NCBI RefSeq assembly: GCF_036971445.1
Contig: NC_091478.1
Coordinates: 63,240,001 to 63,304,000, forward strand
Origin: Narcine bancroftii
Taxonomy: Eukaryota
Length of the DNA stretch: 64,000 nt
Direction: 5' to 3'
Shown: positions 1 to 12,620 of the stretch, in pieces
Layout of the letters: the number at the start of each line of letters is the position of its first letter
Numbering within the stretch: position 1 is the first letter of the stretch
The notes under the pieces: model-generated
What the model was told of the DNA's origin: nothing
The model's database searches: none
What the model saw: only the letters and a program-made list of their open reading frames with translations
Program-made: the position numbers and the translations under genes

Positions 1-2305
1 AGAGTTTCAGAATATTGTCACTCCCCAGTTCTCTACTGCCATATCCAAACATGTCATCATACACCACATCCTCACCCAAGAACCTCCTCTACACGCCCAA
101 GCCCGATGGCTGCCACCCAATTTGCAGCTTGCAAAACAAGAGTTCCTCAAAATGGAGGAACTTGGAATCATATGCAAGTCTGATAGCCCATGGGCTTCCC
201 CACTACATATGGTGCCCAAAACCACAGGAGGCTGGAGATCTTGCAGGGATTACAGGCATCTCAATTTCTCTATAAGTACAACCACTACACTGTGCCACAT
301 ATACAGGCCTTTACACCTAACCTTCACGGGGCCAAGTTATTTTCTAAAATTATCTTGGTGTGTGGGTACCACCAAATATCTGTTAACACGGAGGATGTAC
401 CCAAGACCGCCATCATAATACCATTCAGCCTCTTTAAATTTTTGAGAATACATTTTAGGTTCAATAATACTGTACAAATATTCCAGTGACTGACGGATGC
501 AGTGGGACGTGGAATGGACTTCCTTTTCATATACTTGGATGACATACTCGTCGACACCCCCTCCCACAAAGAGCACCTGCAGCATCTATGTTTAATCTGC
601 CATTGCCTACAGGAGTTGGGCTAACTGTGAACCCTGCCAAGTGCAAATTCAGGCAGTCCTATATCGAGATCTTCTCAATAGCCGTGGTGTCATTCCATTT
701 CCTAGCAAGGTGGAAGCCATCCTCAAATTTGTGAGGCCCAATACCATCAAAGAACTCCAGGAATTTGTGGGGATGGTCAATTTCTAGTATTGTTTTCTAA
801 CCTCTGCAGCTCATATTGTGAAACCCCTCATTGGCCTCATGTCCAGCAATGCCAAAGCACTCAAGTGGACAAAAGAGTCGACAGTAGCATTCCAGAAGAC
901 CAAAGACGCCGTAGCAAAGGCAACATTGCTGGTCCATCCATAAAATCTGATGCACCAACTGTCTTGATGATAGACAGGCTCGACTGTCAGTAGGTAGGGT
1001 CTTAGAACAGCATACCAATGGACAATGGAAGCCTGTAGCATTTTTTAGTAGGCCCCTCCACCCTCCAGAAACAAAATACAGCACATTCAAAAGGGAACTG
1101 CCGGCACTGTACCTAATGGTCAGACACTGTCACTATTTTTTGGAAGGCAGGGACTTCAGAGTTTTTACTGAACACAAACCACTAATGTTCAACTTTGCGA
1201 AGGCATCAGATCCATAGTCAACCCAGCAGCAATGCCACCCATCTTAGATATCTGAATTTTCAACTAGGATTAAACATATCTCCGGTAAGAGTAATGTGGT
1301 GACTGATGCCCTGTCCCACTCCTCCATTCAAGCAATATGTGCCATCTCTCTGGGTGTAGACTACATGGTGCTCACCAAAGCTCAGTAGCAGGATGATAAA
1401 CTCTCCCGACTTATAGAACTGCTGGCGAGGATGTAGCCTTTGGGCTGCAAGGTACCATGTTCGATGTTTCCACAGGTCAGCCTCATCCTATCATCCCTGC
1501 TGTGTGGAGAAGTTGCATTTTTGATGCCATTCATGGACTGTCAATTCGAGTGATGGTCTGCCTGATAGCTGACAAGTTTGTACAGACATGGACTCAAAAA
1601 ACAGGTCATGTACTGGGCAAAGACGTGCATAAATTGCCAATCTGCATAAGTGCAAAGGCACGTGAAGGCACCACTTCAGCCTTTCCAGCCACTGCTGCGC
1701 AGATTCAACCATGTACATGTCGACATTGTCAGCCCACTTCAGATATCAAGAGGGCCTAGGTGGCCAGAGGCAGTTCCTATGATGGGCTCACTAACTAATT
1801 CATGTACCAGTGCTTTTATTTTCCTGGGTATCTCAGTTCAGCCTACCCACATGTCACCTCCGACAGAGACCCACAGTTTACCTTCATCCTCTAGGATATT
1901 TTGCCACGACTGCTGGGAATACAGCTCAACCACATATGCAATCGAATGTCCTGGTGGAACAGTTCCATAGGCACAAGAAAGCTGCACTGATGGCCCATCT
2001 CCAGGGACCTGATTAGGCAGACGAGCTGCCCTGGATCCTCCTAGGAGTAAGAACAGCACCCCAGGAGGATCTCAACTCCTCATCAGCAGAGTTGATTTAT
2101 GGAGCCCTCTCATTATACCTGGGGAGTTTGTGCCCACAGCACATGGACAGGAGCTGCCACCAAATGAAGTCTTAGACAGACTGTGGGAGCAGCTTATAAA
2201 ATTGACGTTCCCATGTAAAGGCATGGAACAATTACACCCTTCATCCCAAAGGAACTCCAGGACTGTGAGTTTGTGTTTGTGCTTAGAGGTGCACATGGGT
2301 CACCC
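1..2305 (+). mobile_element. Degenerate Gypsy/Ty3 pol (RT, RNase H, integrase)
   Basis: SPWASPLHMVPK, YLDDILV, RNase H AFFSRPL, integrase RFNHVHVDIV and EQFHR. Many stops and frameshifts. Confidence 0.9.
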
Positions 2306-3450
2306 TTACAGGGGCCATATGAGGGCCAATGGGCACTTGGACCTGCTGTGCTTGTTCTTCCCACAGAAATAACACTTTAGAGTTGCATCGGGCATCGTAG
2401 CGACAGTAGTAGGGTAGACAGAGGGCATCCTGCTCACATCAGAGTGTGGGGTCCAGCCCCAAGAGTACATGTCCATACTTAAGACTGCAGCCTCCTTCAT
2501 CTCTGTGATCCGGATCATGACCTCTAGGTTTTCTCCCCCGTGCTCTAGCAGGTGCTGCCTCACCTCATTCGATCGAACCCCAGCCACATAGGCATCCCAA
2601 ATAATATCATCTGTGGTCTCTGCAGCAGTTCTGTCTGTGCAGACACAGTCCTTGCCCATTGCCCTTAGTGCCTGAATATTTCTTTGGCTTGGCTTCGCAG
2701 ACGAAGATTTATGGAGGGGGTAAAAAGTCCACGTCAGCTGCAGGCTCGTTTGTGGCTGACAAGTCCGATGCGGGACAGGCAGACACGGTTGCAGCGGTTG
2801 CAGGGGAAAATTGGTTGGTTGGGGTTGGGTGTTGGGTTTTTCCTCCTTTGCCTTTTGTCAGTGAGGCAAGCTTTACAGGACTCACCGGGCTGTTGCCTCC
2901 TTGTAACAAGTTTGTACTGAGCATAGACCCTGTTCACCGGTCGCTCATAGAGCCCTTTCAGCATCTTCGTGGCTGCAGCATAAGTAGTCGCGTCCTGGAC
3001 ACTCTGGTAGACTCTTGGGGACACCATATTCATCAGTATTAGTAGTCGATGGTTGTCCTCTATCATGGCAGGATCAGAGAGCTGTATGTTTTCAAGCATC
3101 TCACCCAGTGCTTAAAGTCATTCGAGGCTGTAGCTGACTATGGGTCGATGATGAGGCATTCCAGCCGTAGCATACACTCCATCCCTTCAAAATTTTTTTA
3201 GTTAACAAAATTGTAGTGCACGTCAAAAGAACCAAAGAATTGTTGAATCAAACCAAGGCTTTTATTAACTAAAAGACTGGAGCATATCACAAGTAGGTTG
3301 ACCAGTCCAGAATGACCTTGTCTCGCTAGGAGCAATCCTTTAAGACCTGCCATTATGTGTGGCTACACTCTCAGCCAATCATAGTCATCCTACACTACCA
3401 TCTGTACATATGTACATATACACATTGGTGATAGAATTGGTACTATCACA
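2306..3450 (-). mobile_element. LTR retrotransposon 5' part: LTR (3212-3450, TG...CA) + gag with CCHC knuckle
   Basis: Minus-strand gag DAYVAGVRSNEVRQHLL...CYFCGKNKHSRSKC. Interrupted by an RTE 3' fragment. Confidence 0.75.
2679..2866 (-). mobile_element. 5'-truncated RTE LINE 3' end inserted in gag
   Basis: Near-identical to the RTE 3' end at 55266-55458 (FPCNRCNRVCLSRIGLVSHKRAC plus a gccaagccaaag tail). Confidence 0.9.
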
Positions 3451-3675
3451 TGATCTTATGGTGATGCTCATGACCAGCAGCCCAAAATCTATAAAATACA
3501 CCCAAAACTGTTCAAGATGCAACATCTTCGATGTCCAGTAATATCATGCTTGAATACATAGTGTAATATTTCTCCAATTCAGCTCCCATTGGTTCTCAAT
3601 TTTATTTCTGTAGATGATGCTTTTTGTGGTTTGTTTGTCATGTGCAACTATTTTTTGTTATTGATCATTTTCTAG

Positions 3676-3915
3676 CAGTCACCTCAAGCAAAGTAGAACA
3701 ATGCCCTGAAAAGTTGAAATGTTTCCATGTTCTCCTAGATTCCGATATTACAATAAATACCTGATATTTATTGGTGAAGAAAGGGCAAAATGCATTTATA
3801 GAACCAGAATCAGAAAACAAATTAATGCAATCAAGGGCAGGAGTACACTTGTTCTGCCGAATGTGAGCCTCACAGAGTCCGGGATGTATTACTGTCCAGT
3901 AAACAGCAACAACCT
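3676..3915 (+). pseudogene. Decayed paralogous V exon of the same receptor family
   Basis: Acceptor ttttctag|cag (same NAGNAG). Reads AVTSSKVEQ...LQ*IPDIYW*RKGQNAFIEPE../..KGRSTLVLPNVSLTESGMYYCPV, aligning with ATSNKVEQ...LQDIADVSWWKEGEKTFIEPD...AMSTFTLLNASVADIGMYYCQV. It has stops and a frameshift, has lost the first Cys and the J segment, and is flanked by LTR elements. Confidence 0.85.
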
Positions 3916-3989
3916 ATCAGTAGTTGAAGTGGCAGTTAAGTGCCTGGAAGGTTGTTCATTACTCTTTATGTGATTTCTGGTCTATCACT

Positions 3990-4985
3990 TGTTACAAGCC
4001 CAGAGGTCCCATAAACCCAGCAGCAATAAATATTCACCAAGACAAATGGTTACTTAAACAAAAGTTGCTTTTATTTATCTTTAAACATAACCATATAACC
4101 ATGTAACCATTTACGGAGCAGAAACAGGCCATGTTGGCCTTTCGAGTCCGCACCGGTTCACTGATTTTGTGCGCCCTCTTCAGGCATTGGTCCCGGTAGA
4201 TCTTCATTCAATAACGATGGGCGAATTCAATGCAGGTGGAATCAGATAATAGCAAAACTATGAGCAAACAGATTGCCTTTCCAATGCTGAAAGGATTAGA
4301 CAGTAGATGTGAATAATTCATTATATGTTTTCTTTAACAGCTAAAATCGTAGAAAATGAAGGGGCACATTGGAGCTGCTTCCTTCTTGACAGCTTTGGTC
4401 ATGAAAACAGAATCAATCTTTAACTTATCTATTATTAACTTAACCCTCTTCTAATTCTAAGTGCACCTGTGCGTAATGTGTATGTAAGTTCAGAAAAGTT
4501 CTTTGGTTCACTGTCCAATCTCACCTCATTCTTCCAAGTTCACTGGTTACAGGCAATTCTTATGCTGTGCACAGAATTTAACATTTATAAAGTTCACCAG
4601 GCTTTGGTGCTCAAAAGATAAATGCTTACCGCTCAGGAAGGTTCTTTTAAGTTTTCAGAGAGAGAGATGTGTTGTTCCAGGATGTCCACAACTGATGTAC
4701 TTCCATCAGTCACCTCAGCATCTTACTAACAAAACTTATCCCATTAGGTTCTCCAGATGATAACCTCTTTCTTTCAGGTCATCATAGAGTTCCTTTTTGT
4801 TTCCCTTATTCCAAACGAAATATTAGACAGCCAGTCCTCTCCTCTTGCATTAACCACAAGGGCTTTGACCAGGCTGTCTTCCAAAAGCTTGCCAACTTGT
4901 CCTGTTTCAGTCCCTTGCTGGTTGTAACATTGTCAGAGTGATCTCTGCTTTGCTTTCTCTCTCTCACTTCCCCGCCCCCCCCCCA

Positions 4986-5031
<46 letters not shown>

Positions 5032-5326
5032 AGATTAAGAGAAAGCCTGTTTGACTCTCTCTGCTTGCAAAGCCACTTGTATCTCTTACAACACCAAGTC
5101 TCCTGCAGACAATTCTCTTTCATCTGTTGCTTTTGGGTAAAGATAATCCATTAGTGACGTCCCTTGAGCACTCTTCAAAGTCTTGCAAAAAGGTGTGAGA
5201 AGCCACTATGTCTAGCATAGCTCCAGTATTTCAAATAAGATCTGTTTTAAAGTGTTTGCATGTGACCTACTCTAACAAACCTTTCCCAATTTATCTCCCA
5301 AAAACATTTCTATATACTCTGTCACA
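3990..5326. mobile_element. Solo LTR with a nested short CR1-tailed insert (about 4089-4400) and a (CA)n tract (4987-5028)
   Basis: Termini TGTTAC...GTCACA. 4-bp TSD cact/cgct. Confidence 0.7.
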
Positions 5327-6041
5327 CGCTTAAATCTATAGCATTAACATTTACACAAAGGAAGAAAAAAATCAACAGGGAAAAATGTATTTTGTTCTAT
5401 GACACGAAAATAACTCGCAGTGCTGAGATTCAGTATGGATATGCAATCGGGAAAAAGGAAAGGAATTTAAAATAGTGAAAAACGATCCGCCGTTGATAAT
5501 CAATGGGAGTGTTAAATCGAGTACTTGGTGCGATTAATTTTATGATCAATATGAATCATTCCCAGAGATTAACAGTGGTGAAGTTGACATGCTTCTTACC
5601 AACGCCGATAAAATCTGAGCATTTATCGAGACTTGCACTGTCCGCAAATTTAAATGAGTCAAGAAGCTGAGAATTGAAGTGAAATTCTGCACTTTGGACC
5701 ATGTGCGGCAACAAAATATCACTGCTTTCAGTCCATTTCAATCGGTGGAAAGAGGTTATTTGTATTGACAGAGCGCAGCTGTGATTTTCTCCTTCCTTGA
5801 CGTTCTGGCCGAGGTGACCGTCAACCAGTCACTAATCACGTTATCAAGGATGAAATCAAAGAAAACATGCATCAAATTAAAAAGCAGTTCTTGTTTACGT
5901 TGGGTTTCAAATGTGAATAATATCACTAGTGCCAGGTCCCCTCGTGGTAACTTGTCTCTTAATAGTTTTAAAATAAAACGCCAATTATTTCAAAATTTTT
6001 GAATAAATTCTCTTTTACTGAATTAAATCAATGCTTTTTCT

Positions 6042-7006
6042 TTTTTTAAACTTTATTTAAGATTTTATAACATGAATAACATATAGGATTACAGTAAAAT
6101 AAAATTAAGAATAAAATAATAAAATTACAATACAATATCAGTAATCTAAATAAACTATACCCTCCCCAATAATTATTACACATTAATAACCCAACTCAAA
6201 TTAGTCCAACCCCCCTTCCCCCAAAATAAAGAGTGAAGAATTAATAAAGTTAATAATATATGTGAGAAAAAAACCCACTTACAAAAAAAAAACAAAAACA
6301 TAACCGATTAAAATACTAACAAAAAAATAATTAATACTAAGATATCAGACTTAAAAAACATATTTAAATCAAACTTAAATGCATATATTTAACAAACGGA
6401 GTTAAGATGAAACATATATTTAACTCAAATTTAATATAAAAAAATAGTAAAGTTAGTAACATTATCTATCAAAAATTCTTAAATAATAATCAATTCTTAA
6501 AAAAAATTGTAGCATGAAAAAAAAGATGAAAAAAAAACTTTCTCTATAGAGATAAACCTTCACCAAATATCAACTAACTTCACATCTATCATCATATTAG
6601 TCACATAAACCACCATCTTAAAACAAAATTCAAACCTCATTAAGCATTGTACAATTCAATTTTAGTACTCTTCCACCATTTTTCCCTTTTACTCTTGAAT
6701 AGTTATCCAATAAAAGCTCCAATACCACATTTAAATATCCCCAATCATTACGTTAAAATTCAGATATCCAAATAATAAAAACACATCTACAACGAAATCT
6801 ATATCTTCAACAAATGGAGCATAAACCACAAACAAAATTCAAGCCTCATTAAGAATTGTACAATTCAATTTATAACTTTCACCATTATTCCCTTCTTTCT
6901 ATAACTAAAATAGCAAAATAATATACATCAGAATTACCACTCTTTTCACCTTAAAGTTAAAGAAAAAATATTTTAAAAAACTTATCCATCCCATTCACAT
7001 TTAAAT
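6042..7006 (-). mobile_element. AT-rich non-coding retroposed insert (probable L1-type 3'UTR) with a 16-bp TSD
   Basis: TSD aatcaatgctttttct at 6026-6041 and 7007-7022. T-run at the left end. Internal repeat of about 70 bp (6604-6680 vs 6820-6886). Confidence 0.75.
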
Positions 7007-7439
7007 AATCAATGCTTTTTCTAATGCATCCAAGCCTTGCTTTCTATCATTAGTCATGAAATAGACGAACGTTGACGTAAACTGGAGAAGGAAATTCGAA
7101 ACAGCTCGACACGCACTGCCCTTGAATAATTGTCACAAGCAGAACTGGAGCAGGAGAATTCCAGGAGCAAGCCTGATATCGTTCCTGTAAAACAATCGTC
7201 CACAATTTCTCAAAGATTGAAAAGTGAAGTCAACGTGTTCAGATCCATAATCCGCCAAAAATGGCCTTTTGGTACCAGCTCATCGAGAAGTCGCTCAATA
7301 AAACGTTCGGAAAATGATGACGTCTTGCTTTCATCGGCCAAAACATTCAATACGTGAATTGAGATGTCATGTAGATACTATCTAGGGAAATCTATTTACA
7401 TTTATGTACTAAGCATTATTATGAACGAAATGCTTTGAC

Positions 7440-7690
7440 CTATGAAAGCAAGAGAGAGGGAATAGAGTTTAAAGGGGACATGAGGGGCAACTTTTCACCA
7501 AGAGGAAAGTGCAATTATAGGAAGAGCTACCAAGAACACCTGTGGAGATGAGTACATTAACGACACTTCGACGACATTTGCAGAGGTACAGGGCTAGGAA
7601 ACATGCAGAGGAATATGAGCCAAATGTAGGGAAATGGAACGAGCTCAGATAAACAATTTGGTCGGCATGGCCTGTTGTAATTCTGTGATC
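7440..7690 (+). mobile_element. CR1 3' fragment
   Basis: agagtttaaaggggacatgaggggcaactttt matches the CR1 end also seen at 15.2 kb. Confidence 0.65.
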
Positions 7691-8214
7691 TCCAATCGTG
7701 ATTCCCTAACAAGCAGGTGAAAGAATAGTTCAAATATAACCTTTCAACTGACCGCGAATAAAAGCTGGCATCGTTTTACATTTGCACTGGGTGCTTACTG
7801 AGCACGGGGTGGGTAGCATGGAATAGGCTATGGTAGATTTTAGCATGCAAGGCAACGCGTTTTCAGGTGAATTAAGATTTGGTGCGGTGATGTTTCGCGA
7901 GAGGCAAGCCATGAGAGCAGTGGAGAGATTGAGATGAAGATGTTCCATGTCACAGAAATATGGCGATGAAAATGGACAAATATATAGGTGAGTATTTGTA
8001 ATCAAAATGTGGTGTCACGATTGTGGGGAATGATCGTTATCTTTGGTTTGATTCTTATTGATTCTGTTGCAAAATCAAAAGCCATCGGGACAAATAGAAC
8101 GGGACTTTGCAGTCAGAATGGGCGTGAAACAAACGTGAGGGGAACGTAGAAACACGGCTGAGAAGAAATTATTTGAACTCCTAATCTCAATTATATTTCC
8201 ACAGAGGGTGCACA

Positions 8215-8218
<4 letters not shown>

Positions 8219-8251
<33 letters not shown>
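8219..8251. repeat. (TG)n microsatellite
   Basis: Direct read. Confidence 0.95.
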
Positions 8252-8256
<5 letters not shown>

Positions 8257-8869
8257 TTTGTGTGTATAATATGCACAAAAGAATTTGTCTGTGTGCTCTT
8301 GTCCGTAAATCTGTATGTCCCTGAAGACATGTCTCCGTCTGAACGATATATTATATACACCACACTTCTCAATTTTGCCTTATCGTTTAATTTTGCACAC
8401 AATCCTGGAATACGTAAATTTTATTGATATTATTACTTAATAATAAAGTAATTACACCTCGAACATTGATTATACATTGTACATTACATCTAGTATTCTC
8501 TCCATCCTCCGCTTCCACTTTATTCCGCCTTGTCTTTAAATGTTCGCTCACATCTGCGGTCCTTAGCGCTTCACTTCTCTACTGAATACCACAATTCCCA
8601 TCCCACGACCTCCTGTAATCAGGCTAAACCTTAACTCGCAACGTTCTTCAGAAAATCGGATTCTCTCTTGAAAAGAGCGGCTCTTAAAATCTTAAAAGCC
8701 TTGATTAAGGTTTTCCGCCCGAAAAGTTGCCTTCCATGAATGCTGTCTATTCGACAAAGTTTCTCCAACATTTAGTGTGCTGCTCTTAATATCGACGTTT
8801 TGTTCAACCAAGCTGTTATATTAACTTATTATGCCCTTGAATTTAGGGGCTTTGAGAACCTAACAACAC

Positions 8870-9320
8870 AGTATCACAAGATCACAAGGAAGGCTCGGCA
8901 GCATCTATACTTTGTGAGAAGTTTGAGGCGATTGCATACCTATTTTGGTATCCACTTCTGCAGGTGTTCCCTGGAGAATCACTGGTATGGAGGTGCCAAT
9001 GCTCAGGACAAGGCAAATCTCCAGAGGGTTATTGACTAGGCCTGCAGCATAGTGGGTACCAAACTTCAATCCATCGAGAACATCTTCAAGAGATGATATG
9101 TAAAGAAAGCAGCCTCTCTCCTCAAGGACAATGCCCCCTTTACTCTGCTATCACAGGAAAAAGGTACATGAGCCTAAAGATGAGAACTCAGTGGCTCAAG
9201 GACATCTTTCCCACTGCCACCTGATTCCTGAATGATCACTGAACCAAAGACACTGCCTTACTATGACTTTTTGTGCACTAATTTTATTTATTTATTGTAA
9301 GTGGTTTATATGGATGTTCG
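8870..9320 (+). mobile_element. Rex-Babar/L2-like LINE 3' fragment
   Basis: ITRKARQHLYFVRSLRR...WYGG motif. Same family as 45750-46880. Confidence 0.7.
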
Positions 9321-10700
9321 CACTTCACTTGTGGCAACAAGTTCCACAGACTAACAACTCTGACTAAATAAAATTTCCCACATCTCTATTTTAAAATTAT
9401 GCCCTTTTATCCTGAAATTGTGTTCTCTTGTCCCAGAATCCCCTACATTGGGGAAACAACCTTGCCACATCTTCTCTGTCCAGGCCTTTCAGCATTCAAA
9501 ATGCCTCTATGAGGTCACCCCTCATCTTTCTGTGCTCCAATAAGTACAGTCCAAGAGCTGGCAAGTGTTTCTCATATGCTAACCCTTTAATTCATGGTAT
9601 CATTCTAGTAAGTCTCTGTACACTCTCCAACACCTGCATGTTTTTTCTCACATACAGCACCCAAAACTGTACACAGTACTTTGTGAGATCTCACCGGTGC
9701 TTTATAGAGTCTCAACATTACATTCCTGTTCTTGTATGCTATCAATCTAAAAATTAATGCCAAAATTGCATTTGCCTTCTTCAACACAAACTCAAGCTGG
9801 AGGCTAACCTGCATGAGGATTCCCAAGTCCATTTGCACCCCAGAATTTTGAATTTCCTTCCCATATAAATATTAGTCTATCCATTTATTTCTTCTGCAAA
9901 GAGCATGACCATATACTTTCCGACACTATATTCCATCTGCCACCTTTTCGCCAATTCTCCTAATCTATCCAGGTCTCTCTGCAGCCTTTCCGTATCCTCA
10001 GCACCACCACCCCTACCACCTATTTTGGTATCATCTGCAAATTTAGATACAAAACCATCTATTCCAGAATCCAAATCATTTATAAAATGTAAAGAAAAGA
10101 TGCCCCAACACTGAACCCTGTGGAACACCACTGGTAACTGGTAGCCAAACAGAATAAGATCCCTTTATTCCTACCCTCTGCTTCCTGCCAACCAGCCAAT
10201 GCTCCAGCCATGTGAGTATCCTTCCTGTAATTCCATGGGCTCTCATCCTGTTTAGCAGCCTTATGTGTGGCAACTTGTCGAAGAACTTTTGAAAGTCCAA
10301 ATATACAGCATCCATTGCATGTCCCATGTCTATCCTACTCATGATCTCTTCAAAAATGTTGCAATAAGTTACTCTAGCATGATTTTCCTGTACGAAAACC
10401 ATGCTGACTTGGGCCTATCTTTTCATCCATGTCCAGGTATTCCGTAATCTTATCCTTGAAAATCGACTCCAACAGCTTCCCAACCATCAACATCAGGCTA
10501 ATAGATGAATAATATCCTTTTGCTACCTCGCCCCCTTCTTAACAGCAGAATGACATTCACGATCCTCCAGTCCATCGGACCATGCCAAACTCCATTGATT
10601 TATGGAAAGTTAAAACCAATGCCTCCATAATCTCTGCAGCTATCCCCTTGACAATGCTAGAGTGCAATCCATCCAGTCCAAGAGGCTTATCTACCATTTA
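9321..10700 (-). mobile_element. CR1 LINE RT fragment
   Basis: VYLDFQKFFDKLPH, SGVPQGSVLG, SKFADDTKIGG. Confidence 0.9.
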
Positions 10701-10790
10701 ATATTTCATTATCTTTTTAAAATTTTTAAAATTTAATACATCCAATATAACCAATCTCTAACAATATTTACACAAACTTTGTATGTACAT

Positions 10791-12620
10791 TGTTACAAGA
10801 TCAAACCAGCAACCACAAAGTAGGCATATCACACAGATGTAAAGATGAACAATTACTTTATTAACAAAAATTCACCTTCAAACTTTAATTCAAAATCCCC
10901 CCTTTTATAACAATGCCCACTGGTTACTATGCAAATTTCTATAACAGTGTAAAACTAATAAATTCCCCAGCCTAAATATAACATGTAATTAAAGACTCTT
11001 ATCTTTCCAAGCACACAGACTCACAAAACGTCAATCTCAACCAAAGAAAAGATCACGAACAAAATTCAGTTTGTTTGGTAAACTGAAGCCAAAAGATCTT
11101 TAAGAGAGAGAGAGAGAGAGAGAGCACAAAATCTGAAGTTGTCTTCTTGTGTTGCTTGCAGAGAGAGGAACAATGGCTTGGTCTGGATCCTTCTGGCTGC
11201 CTTCAGGATGTTCATCCCTTTTAAAATGCCTCCCAAACAATGACTCTGCTTGGGCTACCTTCCACTTCACAGCCACACCCAGTGGTGGTTTGTCTTCCAA
11301 GTCCAGAAATTTCTAGATCATCTTCTCCACATGCCCAGTCCGTCTCCCACTCTCTCAGCAGTCCACCTTCACCATGGTACTCTAATGTAAATTGTCACTT
11401 TCAAACACCAAACCACACAACACATAGGCCAATACAGAACTCTGTAACACCTCCCCTGCTAAAAAAAAATTTGGTCCACAAGAACAATTTTTTTAACAAT
11501 TAATCAAAGTATTACATAAATAAAATAAAATAAACATTCAATTTTTTTTACAGTAAGTATGTGATTAGATTCATATCTACCCAGATTAACATCTTGACAA
11601 ACAATCTGTTATTACATTATCCATCCCCTTTATGTGTATAATAATTAAATCATACTCTGGTAATATTAAGCACTAGGTCAATAACCGTCTGTTCTTACTT
11701 TTCATTTTAGACAGAAAAACTAATGGATTATGATCAGTATATATTATTAACAATTTTGGAGCAGTACAAATATACACATCAAAATGTTGCAATGCTAAAA
11801 CAAGTGCTAATAACTCCTTTTCAATGGTTGAATAAGTTCATTGATGGTCATTAAACTTTTTCGAGAAGTACAAAATAGGATGTTCTACTCCATCACCATC
11901 CAACAGTACAGCACCAACCGCTTCGTCTCTGATGTCCACGGCTAAAGAGAATGGCTTTTCAAAGTTAGGAGATACAAGTACAGGCTGATGGCATAAAATG
12001 GCCTTTAACTTCAGAAATGCTTCCTGGCATGCATCTGACCAGATCATTTTTTATTTCACTCCAACCTGTGTCACCTCTCCCTGCCCTACCACATAACCCA
12101 GATAGATAATTACAGTGGCATGTCCAAACTCACTCTTGTGCAAATTCATTGTAAGGTGTGCTTCCACGAGACTCTGAAATAACTGCTCTAACTCAAGCAT
12201 CTGTTTTTCCCATGTATCCATACTAATTACTAAATCATTGATATAGGCTCCTGTGTGCTCTAAACCCTGAATTACTGCATTATCATTCTCTGAAATGAGC
12301 CAAGTGCATTTTTCATCCCAAAAGGCATAACATTATACTCATACAATCCCGAAGGTGTAACAAATGCAGAAATCTCCCTGCCTTTCTCTGTCAAAGGAAC
12401 ACACCAGTATCCTTTTAAGAGATCAATCTTTGTAAGAAATTTTGCCTTCCCCACCTTATCTATACAATCATCTATTCTGGGAATAGGGAATGCATCAGTC
12501 TTTGTAACCATGTTTACCTTTCGATAATCTGTACAAAACCTAATTGAGCCATATGGCTTAGGTACCAGAACACAGGGTGAACTCCAATTTGAACTTGATT
12601 TTCAGATTATGTCATTTTTG
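10791..12620 (-). mobile_element. Gypsy element: 3' LTR (10791-11449), PPT and RT/RNase H remnant, nested in the 3'UTR of an L1
   Basis: TGTTAC...GTAACA followed by cctcccct (PPT on the - strand). DAFPIPRIDDCIDKVGKAKFLTKIDLLKGYW and YFSKKF motifs. Confidence 0.85.
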
